This document shows, in pieces, positions 19,361 to 28,100 of a stretch of DNA of 64,000 bases. Source of the stretch: an uncultured bacterium (GTDB taxonomy: Bacteria > Patescibacteriota > Minisyncoccia > Phycocordibacterales > GWA1-40-21); NCBI GenBank assembly GCA_963840885.1, contig CAWJAN010000005.1:12887-76886 (forward strand). The letters run 5' to 3'. Position numbers and translations under genes: made by a program. Under the pieces are notes generated by a model. The model had not been told where the DNA came from. It searched no databases and was given only the letters and a program-made list of their open reading frames with translations. Position 1 is the first letter of the stretch, and the number at the start of each line of letters is the position of its first letter.

Positions 19361-19561
19361 ATGGTTTTTGAGTTTACTCAACCGGAGCCGCCACAACCAA
19401 CTGGCGGACCGGACAAATATATAACCGAAGAAGACAAAAAGTTTTGCCTAGGCAATCTATCTATCTTGATAGATGAGAAAAGGGCAGAGCGTTGCAGGGG
19501 ATGCAACCGAATAACAAGCAATGAGTATATGAATGCGTTTCATCATTGTCCGGATTGCTGA
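19361..19561 (+). CDS. Tiny zinc-ribbon protein, paralog 2
   Basis: SD AAAGGAGG upstream. CRGCNRITSNEYMNAFHHCPDC shares a C..CN..SNEY....HCP.C pattern with paralog 1. Confidence 0.5.
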   Translation: MVFEFTQPEPPQPTGGPDKYITEEDKKFCLGNLSILIDEKRAERCRGCNRITSNEYMNAFHHCPDC

Positions 19562-19651
19562 GTTGGTTATAAAAACAAGAGCCGGATTAAACCGGCTCTT
19601 TCCATTTGTTTCTTGTAAAAAAGATATGGTATAATTATTTTTAGAAAACAT

Positions 19652-21229
19652 ATGAGAAGCATTCTATATCACACTAAGCATTTCATAAAAAACAATAAGT
19701 GGTGGTCGGCTTTGATAGCCATCGTCCTTCTTATAGTAATCTATTTCGTTTTCGTTAAAAAACCTGCAAGCACCATAGGAAGCACCGTTACCGTAGAAAG
19801 CAGGAATATAACAGAAGAGGTGAGTGCGACCGGAAACGTCAAGCCGCTCTCCGATATAAGCATGGCTTTTGAAACCGGGGGCAAAGTTTCCGACATCGCC
19901 GTTTCAATAGGAGACAAAGTATCGGCCGGGCAATATCTGGCTTCGGTATCTAATTCTGACCTTTCCGCCGCAGTAGACCAGGCGAAAGCGAGCTTGAGTG
20001 CGGCAGAAGCCGACCTTGCAATACTGAAAAACGGCTCAACCCCTCAGCAAATAGCCGTGAGCCAATCACAAGAACAAGAAGCTCTCGGAAATTTTAATCA
20101 GGCAAAAAGTGCTCTTATAAACTCGATACAAGACGCATACACAAAATCGGATGATGCCGTAAGGAACAAGGCTGATTCCATGTTCGATAATCCAAGAAGC
20201 TCGACTCCGAAGCTAAGCTTTGACACGACGAATTCACAGCTGTCTATAAATGTAGATTTGGAGAGGGAAAATATCGAGAATACCCTTTTAGACTGGAACA
20301 ATTCCTCAGTAAATCTTACTCCTGATTCGGATTTGCAGTCTGCTGCGGATATCGCAAATCAAAACCTAGACTTGATCAAAAATTTCCTGAACGACGTGAA
20401 TCTTTCGCTTAACAGCGCCGTCATAAGTTCTTCCGTCACTGAAGACGTCATAAGCAGCTGGCAGGCAAGCATAGCAACGGCAAGGACAAACATAGCGCTT
20501 GCAATAAGCAATATGTCTTCGGCTTCAACCCAATACAATTCCATGGAATCACTTTTGAAAGTCGCGGAAGATCAGCTTACTCTCACAAAAGCTCCCGCCA
20601 CAGACAACCAGATAAAAGCTCAGCAAGCGTTAGTGGACCAGGCAGCGGCTAATGTTGAAAATGCAAAAGCAAAACTTGAAAAAACAATCATACGTTCTCC
20701 TATAGACGGAACCATTTCCAGAGTCGATACCGATGTCGGGGAAACGGTACAAAGCGGGGTAAATGTGATTTCTGTTATTTCTTACGGCGAATACGAAGTG
20801 GAGGCTTTTATTCCGGAAGCGGATATAGCTAAAGTAAAGATAGGCGATGTGGCTACTACAACGCTTGATGCTTATGGTTCGGATACTTTTTTCCAGATGA
20901 CAGTAATAAAAATAGATCCGGCGGAAACAGTCATAGAAGGCGTCCCTACATATAAGGTGACTTTGAAATTCGCATCAGATGACAGCAGGATAAAATCTGG
21001 TATGACAGCAAACCTCGACATACTTACAGGGCAAAAATATGGCGTGCTTGCGGTGCCAGCAAGATCAGTTTATTCTGTCGATACCCAAAAATACGCGCAG
21101 CTGGTGGATTCTGAAAATAAAATCGCTGATGTTCCGGTTCAAACTGGTATGCGCGGAGTCGACGGATACATAGAAATCATTTCCGGTTTAAAGGAGGGAG
21201 ATACAATTGTAGGATCTCCGAATATCTAA
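19652..21229 (+). CDS. Efflux-transporter periplasmic adaptor subunit (HlyD/MacA family)
   Basis: N-terminal TM, a long coiled-coil, and a C-terminal beta-barrel region (IIRSPIDGTISRV...LAVPARSVY). Confidence 0.8.
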   Translation: MRSILYHTKHFIKNNKWWSALIAIVLLIVIYFVFVKKPASTIGSTVTVESRNITEEVSATGNVKPLSDISMAFETGGKVSDIAVSIGDKVSAGQYLASVSNSDLSAAVDQAKASLSAAEADLAILKNGSTPQQIAVSQSQEQEALGNFNQAKSALINSIQDAYTKSDDAVRNKADSMFDNPRSSTPKLSFDTTNSQLSINVDLERENIENTLLDWNNSSVNLTPDSDLQSAADIANQNLDLIKNFLNDVNLSLNSAVISSSVTEDVISSWQASIATARTNIALAISNMSSASTQYNSMESLLKVAEDQLTLTKAPATDNQIKAQQALVDQAAANVENAKAKLEKTIIRSPIDGTISRVDTDVGETVQSGVNVISVISYGEYEVEAFIPEADIAKVKIGDVATTTLDAYGSDTFFQMTVIKIDPAETVIEGVPTYKVTLKFASDDSRIKSGMTANLDILTGQKYGVLAVPARSVYSVDTQKYAQLVDSENKIADVPVQTGMRGVDGYIEIISGLKEGDTIVGSPNI

Positions 21230-21233
21230 AGCA

Positions 21234-21953
21234 GTGGCTCTCATAGAGGTAAAAAATCTTTCCAAAGTCTACGATAATGAGGGCGTAAAAACCGACGCTC
21301 TTCACGATATAAACTTGAATGTAGAAAAAGGCGAGTTTCTTGCGATTATGGGCCCGTCCGGTTCCGGCAAATCGACATTGCTGCAGATACTCGGCCTTTT
21401 GGACAATCATACGCATGGCACATATCATTTCGCCGACAAAAACGTAAAGCTTTACGATGAAAATGAAATCGCAAAGATAAGGAATCAAAAAATGGGATTT
21501 GTTTTTCAGGCATTCAACCTGCTTCCGCATCTGACACTCATAGAAAACGTTAAGATGCCTCTTTTGTATTCTGATAAGCCGGAACATGAATGGGATAAGC
21601 GCGCGGAAGACGCTCTTATATCAGTAGGCCTCGGACACAGGCTCACTCATCAGGCATTCCAGCTATCAGGAGGAGAAAAACAGCGCGTAGCTATAGCTCG
21701 CGCCCTGGTTAACGATCCTGAAGTTATTTTTGCCGATGAGCCTACCGGAAACCTGGATTCAAAATCAGGACAAGCCGTCATAGAGATAATAGAAAAGCTC
21801 AATTCTGAGATGGGACATACGATAATTCTGATAACTCACGAAACGTATACCGCAGAATATGCCCAAAGGATAGTTAAGCTTCTTGACGGACAGATAGAAA
21901 GCGACCATAAGGTGAAAAACAGAAAAACTAGCCGTGATCATTTTATAAAATAA
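21234..21953 (+). CDS. ABC transporter ATP-binding protein (MacB-type), paralog of 847-1563
   Basis: [24 protein letters not shown] and [11 protein letters not shown] motifs; about 55% identical to the first ATPase by eye. Confidence 0.85.
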   Translation: MALIEVKNLSKVYDNEGVKTDALHDINLNVEKGEFLAIMGPSGSGKSTLLQILGLLDNHTHGTYHFADKNVKLYDENEIAKIRNQKMGFVFQAFNLLPHLTLIENVKMPLLYSDKPEHEWDKRAEDALISVGLGHRLTHQAFQLSGGEKQRVAIARALVNDPEVIFADEPTGNLDSKSGQAVIEIIEKLNSEMGHTIILITHETYTAEYAQRIVKLLDGQIESDHKVKNRKTSRDHFIK

Positions 21954-23191
21954 TGAAATTAAGACATAGCATCAAAACAGCGACCGAAGGGCTAATGACG
22001 CACAAATCTCGTTCCGCTCTTACTATTATAGGAATCGTAATCGGCATAACCTCGATAATCCTTGTCATGTCTCTAGGCCAAGGAGCGCAAAATCTGATTC
22101 TTGGAGAAGTAAACGGGCTTGGAGCAACGACTATAGCCGTGATACCTGGAAAAATTTCAAGCGGACCGTCCAGCTTCGCAACAACGCTTTCCGATTCTCT
22201 GAAGCAAAAAGATCTTACCGCTATAGAAACAAAAACAAATGTCCCGTATGCGACCCGCGTCATGCCCGTAATGATAAGCGGCGCAAATGCCGTATATGGA
22301 AATAAGGTTTATCAAGTCGGATTATTCGGCGGAACGCAGCTGATGCAACAGATTTTCAATATTACCGTTGGCAGGGGAGATTTTTTTACCGATGACGATG
22401 TTTTAAGCAATCAGGCCGTTGCGATAATAGGAAATGACGTGAAAGACCATTTATTCGACGGTGAAGATCCTCTTGGTCAGAAAATCAGGATAAACAATAC
22501 GACTTTCAAGATTATCGGAGTATTGCCTGCAAAAGGGCAGTCCGGTTTCGTAAATTTTGACAGCGGAGTTATTATGCCGTACACGACCGCCCAGCAATAC
22601 GTACTCGGCGTAAAATATTTCAGCCGTATTATTGTTGAGGCCGACTCGCAAGATCATATACAGGCTACAGCAGAAGATATAACCAATACATTGAGAAATT
22701 CTCATAATATTACCGATCCTGCAAATGATGATTTCACCGTAGAGACTCAGGCGGATATAGCTTCAACGCTAAATACCGTAACGACAGCCCTGACTGCATT
22801 CCTTGCGGCAGTTGCAGCCATATCCCTTATAGTGGGCGGAATAGGGATCATGAATATAATGCTCGTATCGGTTACAGAAAGAACGAGGGAAATCGGCCTA
22901 AGAAAAGCTCTAGGGGCAACAAACCATGACATACTGGTACAATTTCTTCTTGAAGCTGTAATGCTTACCGGCTCCGGAGGAATAATTGGGATTATTTTGG
23001 GAGGTTCATTATCTTTCATAATATCTCTCATACTTAAAAACGCACTCGGCCTGAATTGGCAGTTTGTTTTTCCTTGGAGCGCAGCCGTCCTCGGTATTGT
23101 TGTTGCAAGCCTTGTAGGACTTGTTTTCGGAATCTATCCGGCACGGCAGGCATCAAGAAGAAGCCCTATGGAAGCCCTGAGATACGAATAA
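21953..23191 (+). CDS. ABC transporter permease (MacB/FtsX-type)
   Basis: Same architecture as 1572-2789, with REIGLRKALGATNHDI. Confidence 0.8.
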   Translation: MKLRHSIKTATEGLMTHKSRSALTIIGIVIGITSIILVMSLGQGAQNLILGEVNGLGATTIAVIPGKISSGPSSFATTLSDSLKQKDLTAIETKTNVPYATRVMPVMISGANAVYGNKVYQVGLFGGTQLMQQIFNITVGRGDFFTDDDVLSNQAVAIIGNDVKDHLFDGEDPLGQKIRINNTTFKIIGVLPAKGQSGFVNFDSGVIMPYTTAQQYVLGVKYFSRIIVEADSQDHIQATAEDITNTLRNSHNITDPANDDFTVETQADIASTLNTVTTALTAFLAAVAAISLIVGGIGIMNIMLVSVTERTREIGLRKALGATNHDILVQFLLEAVMLTGSGGIIGIILGGSLSFIISLILKNALGLNWQFVFPWSAAVLGIVVASLVGLVFGIYPARQASRRSPMEALRYE

Positions 23192-23233
23192 TAAGCTTTA
23201 CACTTTTAAAATTTAATTTATACTTTAAAGACT

Positions 23234-23464
23234 ATGGGATTCTTCAAAAATTTAATGCTTAAGCAAGCGCTCAAAACGCAAGCGAAAGATATGCCGCCTG
23301 AACAAAAAGATAAGCTCATGGCCGCATTCGAAAAAGATCCGGCATTCTTCGAAAATATAGAAAAACAGATAAAAATGCGAATGAAGCAGGGGAAAGGGCA
23401 GTTCGAAGCTTCAATGGAAGTAATGAAAGAAAATCAGGATAAGCTAAGAAAATTGATGCAATAG
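23234..23464 (+). CDS. Small hypothetical charged/helical protein (76 aa)
   Basis: ORF followed by a strong terminator. Confidence 0.4.
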   Translation: MGFFKNLMLKQALKTQAKDMPPEQKDKLMAAFEKDPAFFENIEKQIKMRMKQGKGQFEASMEVMKENQDKLRKLMQ

Positions 23465-23480
23465 ATATATAAATTTAGAC

Positions 23481-23520
23481 AAAAAAATAAGGCCGTCTCT
23501 TTTGGAGACGGCCTTTTTGA
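23481..23520. terminator. Bidirectional rho-independent terminator
   Basis: AAGGCCGTCTC-tttt-GGAGACGGCCTT stem flanked by A and T tracts, lying between convergent genes. Confidence 0.6.
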
Positions 23521-23535
23521 ATCTTGAAACTACTA

Positions 23536-24546
23536 CTAAGGCCTTATTACGAGGCCGGCGTTCACGGAGAATTCCGCAAACGTCGAGGTGTCGACTGTGA
23601 AGGGAATACTGGTCACGCTCCCGAGCTTATACAGCTCTCCTGAAAACGTGAACCCGAATCCGTCCGTGATGGGAAAAATTGATCCCAACTCGAACACTAT
23701 CGAGCTTGCCGTATCCGTGTGAGGGAACGGTGTCCCACCGATCATCAACTTATTGTCGATACCAGCGAACTTCACGCCGAGTCCCGCGTAAGGAAGCCAA
23801 TGTTCATCCTTAACCGGATAAACCTTGGCCATAAGCTCCCATGAATCAGTGATTCCCACAGTTCCGATTGATGCCCCGTAAACTTTCTTTTCGAGGGACG
23901 TATTTCCGGAATCATGAGAGACCATCAGGCCGACCTTGCCGGCAATGATTCCTTCAACCGAGAACTTCTGGCCTACATTGCTCGAGCTAGTCGTGGAAAA
24001 TCCTTGCGGATCTTCCGACTGACTTCCAAAGCTTGCTGCCACTTGTTCCCAACTGAACTGAAACCATCTGTCGCTGAACTTCCGATCAACCGATTTCTCT
24101 TTCACCAATTTTGTCGGTGAAGGAGTCGGGCTTGCCGTCGGTGAAACTTTCGCTTCGACGACAATAATCGTTCGCGATTCCTTGAGGACCTCGTTGTTCC
24201 GAGTCGTCTTCGTGTACACGATGGTGAACATTCCGATCTTGGACGTATCGATCATGTTGATCGCTACGAGCTTGATCGGTCCGTCAACATCGCGCGGTCC
24301 GTGAGCAATCGCGCCTGGATCTACATACACTGAACCTTTCATCACAGTCACCGGATTCTGCCCGATGATCTCGATGTAAAATGGAAACAGCTTTTTCTTG
24401 TGCTTCACGATCTTCTTGTGAGTGCTTTTGGCACTCGCTGAAGTCGTGTCTTTGTAGGGCGGCGCTTCATAAGCATTCGCCGCCCTCGCAATCGAAAAGC
24501 TGAACCAGAACAGCATCATGGTGATGAGAAACGTAAGCTTCTTCAT
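23536..24546 (-). CDS. Secreted protein on a GC-rich (compositionally foreign) segment. It has an N-terminal Ig-like module homologous to the repeats of the giant protein, a P/T/S linker, and a C-terminal beta-strand-rich domain
   Basis: Signal peptide MKKLTFLITMMLFWFSFSIARA. The module FYIEIIGQNPVTVMKGSVYVDPGAIAHG...TIVYTKT aligns to the APVITILGSNP..Y.DAGA consensus. About 55-58% GC against a ~39% background. Confidence 0.6.
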   Translation of the reverse strand: MKKLTFLITMMLFWFSFSIARAANAYEAPPYKDTTSASAKSTHKKIVKHKKKLFPFYIEIIGQNPVTVMKGSVYVDPGAIAHGPRDVDGPIKLVAINMIDTSKIGMFTIVYTKTTRNNEVLKESRTIIVVEAKVSPTASPTPSPTKLVKEKSVDRKFSDRWFQFSWEQVAASFGSQSEDPQGFSTTSSSNVGQKFSVEGIIAGKVGLMVSHDSGNTSLEKKVYGASIGTVGITDSWELMAKVYPVKDEHWLPYAGLGVKFAGIDNKLMIGGTPFPHTDTASSIVFELGSIFPITDGFGFTFSGELYKLGSVTSIPFTVDTSTFAEFSVNAGLVIRP

Positions 24547-24777
24547 CTTGTACCTTCCTTCTTCCGGATTTTATCCGGAAAATTATTTAGTAGATTTTCA
24601 AAAAATTCAATTCGGTGAGACAAGAATCTTGCTTCACCATTGAAAAACTCCGTTCATAATAATAAACCATATATAAAAAATGTCAAGAGAGATTATGCAT
24701 GAAGGTATTATGATATTAGGGTAATAATTTATACTTTAAAGAAATATTAAATATATAAGACAAATGACAAAAACCCT

Positions 24778-24823
24778 TAAAGGACAAGGTATAATCTGTG
24801 TCCTTTATGAAAAATGTCCTTTA
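24778..24823. promoter_or_regulatory. Operator-like cluster of three copies of the 9-mer TGTCCTTTA (one inverted) flanking a TATAAT hexamer
   Basis: TAAAGGACA at 24778-86, TATAAT at 24790-95, TGTCCTTTA at 24799-807 and at 24815-23. Confidence 0.35.
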
Positions 24824-25121
24824 CTACAAATATTGGACTTACTATTAAACTAAAATGACGGCCTGCCGTTATCCTTGTAAGACCAGCCATGCGTAGGAAC
24901 TTGACGAAATTAAAAAAGTATTTGACAAATAAAATAAACGTGCTAATCTCATCTTTAAGCGGTTCTATATTCAGATAACAATCTAATCGATTATTTTGTT
25001 CTTTCACCTACTTGTTTTCTCGTGCGTTAAAAGGTTTTTCTAGGTTAGTTTTATTAAAAACACATCAAGTCGAAATCACTTATCCTTATAGGGATAAGTG
25101 TAAGTTTTTGCTTTTCAAGTT

Positions 25122-28100
25122 ATGACTACAAACAAAAGAAACATCATCAAAATGCTCAGCAACGTATTCATCGTTGTCCTTTTTGCTGTTTCTTTTTCTT
25201 CCGTAGCATATGCTGATTACTCAACCACGACCGTCTTAAACACAAGCGGGTCATTTGTAGTTCCGCAAGGAGTTACTGGGTTGACCTTTAGCGTTGTTGG
25301 CGGAGGAGGAGGAGGCGGCGGAGGAGCATTCACGTTCGCAGGCGGAGGAGGAGGATCGGCTTCTGCCATTTTAAATACAAATATCTCTGTAACACCAGGA
25401 CAGACGATTTCTTACACTGTAGGAAACGGCGGTAATGGCGGATACGGAGGCTCAATGCAATTTGCCGGAGGCAATGGAACAAATGGAGGTTCAACTTCAT
25501 TCGGTTCCACGACAGTATCCGGAGGATTCGGAGGCCAAGGTGCAGCTTATGGAAATCCATCAAGCGGCATCGGCGGACTTGCGGGAGGCATTGGAGGATC
25601 CAACGGAACAAACGGAGACACATTCTTTGGCCAGAGAGTCAAAGGTGGAAACGGGGGTTCTAACGCACTCGGAACGGCGGGAGTCGGAGGTTCCGGTAAT
25701 TCTTCATCGTATGTTCTTGCAACCGCAGGAACGAACGGTGCGGGAGGGGGAGGAGCAAGCGGATGGCAGTTCAACTCAAATGGCACAGCTGATGCTGGCG
25801 CCACTGGAGGAAACGGCTCAATCGTTGTTTCTTACTATGCAGATCTTACTGCCCCTGTAATTACAATTTTAGGATCAAATCCTGAAACAATAACAGTTGG
25901 CACTCCATACGCTGATGCCGGAGCTATAGCTCTCGACAATATCGATGGAACGACAACAGTCGCAACTGTTTCAAACAATGTTGATATAAACACTGTTGGA
26001 ACATACGAAGTTGTTTACTCTGCTACAGATACAGCAGGAAACAATTCAATGGCAACAAGGACGGTTAATGTTATCGCTGCTCCTGACACCATTGCACCTG
26101 TTATTACTATCCTGGGTTCTAATCCGGCAACCACAACCGTGGGATCAACATACGTTGATGCCGGAGCTACAGCCTTCGATAATGTCGACGGTACAACTAC
26201 TGTAAACATCGCCTCAAACGATGTAGACACAAATGCAACAGGAACATATTCTGTTGTTTATACTTCGACAGATTCTTCAGGAAACACGGCCACAGCAACA
26301 AGAGTTGTTATTGTGGGCGTAGCATCTCCAGTAGATACTACTGCTCCAACAGCACCTCTTATTTCAACGACAACGGCCGCAACCGGAACAATAACCCTCT
26401 CTGAGGATATTGCCTGGTTTGATTCAACTGATTTGGAATCCGGTGTAGCTTATTATCTCTATCTTTGGGATAACTCAAGCGCAACCGTGCTTTCAACTAC
26501 GACCGCGGGAGTCTCGACGACAACTTCGACAACTACCAACTTAACGGCATTTGGAACATATTGGTTCCATGTCGCAGCTGTTGATAATGCCGGAAACGTG
26601 TCCTTGACGACAACTTACGGTCCATTTCTGATTTCTGATTCAAATGTCCTTTATGTAAATTCAACCATCGGAGGAACACTTTACTCATTGTTTTCGCCAT
26701 CTCTTGCCGAAGCTGCAATAGCTTCTACGACAGGCGCAACAACAATAGTAAATTCGAGCATTTCCGTATGGTGGGACATAAACGATTCAAACGTAATAAA
26801 TACAACAGTAAACGATGTGGCGATGAACTTGGTTGATGCGACAAATTCAACACTTATCAATGACGATATCGGAAACTGCCAGATCATAAATTCTGACGTT
26901 GAAAATTATTACTTGAGAAATTGCTACGTGGCATTCTCTGTGCTTGATCCATCCACACTCTACTCGTTCACAAATTCAACGAGCACGAACTCACAGATCT
27001 ATGCTTCAAATATCGACAGTTCAACAATCGATCATTCATACGTGGCGACTTCGACTATCGGCAATTCGAACATTTCATTCTCGACAACGACTGATTCGAC
27101 CGTCGCTTCATCAACGATAAGCAACGGTTCGATTATTTCTTCTTCAACAGTGGAAATAAGCACTGTCGATAATTCAAATGTATCGTCTTCAACAGTAAGC
27201 ACGAGTACCGTCACCGATTCTTCAATAGTAAATTCTACATTTACGAACTCGGCTTCGGACAATTCAACAACGACTGATTCGGCTGTTGATACATCATCGC
27301 TTACAAATTCAACCGTAAGCTCAAGCTCCGCTACAAATTCGACGATAACCGATTCAACGCTTACAAACAGCACCTCGACTGATTCGACGATAACATCTTC
27401 GAATCTCGACACAGTTGTCGTTGCAAGCTCGACGATAGCAAGCTCGACGATAGCAGATGCAACAATTACCGATGCGATAATAATCGACAATACTATCTAC
27501 AGCGGCACGATCACATATAACGGAACAACAACCGTCATATCTACATCGACTCCGCTCGGAAGCCTTATCGAATATGCGCCGGTAGCAGCATTCTCTGTCG
27601 CTACAAGCAATCTTCAGATGAACATCACGGACAATACCGTCGACCTTAACAGCGGAACGGTATTTCCTGACAGCTGGACATATATGTGGGATTTCGGAGA
27701 CGGAACCTCGACAACAGTCCTTGCATCAACAACCGGACAAAACATATCTTATACGTACGCAACAAGCGGAACATATACGGTATCTTTGACCGTTACTGAC
27801 GGATACGGAAAAGTTTCCACGACTTCAAGCCAGGTAACCATAGTAAATAATCCTGATACGATTGCTCCAGTAATTACGATTCTCGGATCAAATCCGGACA
27901 GCGTAGTTGCTGGAACAACTTACACCGATGCAGGCGCAACAGCATTCGACAATGTAGACGGAACCACAACAGTGGCAACCATCTCTAACAATGTTGATAC
28001 TTTGACTCTCGGAACATACCAGGTTGTTTACTCGGCTACTGACACGGCAGGAAACAATGCGACAGCTACAAGAACTGTAAATGTAGTTTCTGCTCCGGAC

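Noticed and set aside
24777-25007. 76-aa minus-strand ORF in the AT-rich intergenic region
   Set aside because: It has no RBS and is AT-rich low complexity. The region is better explained as the promoter/operator region for the giant gene.
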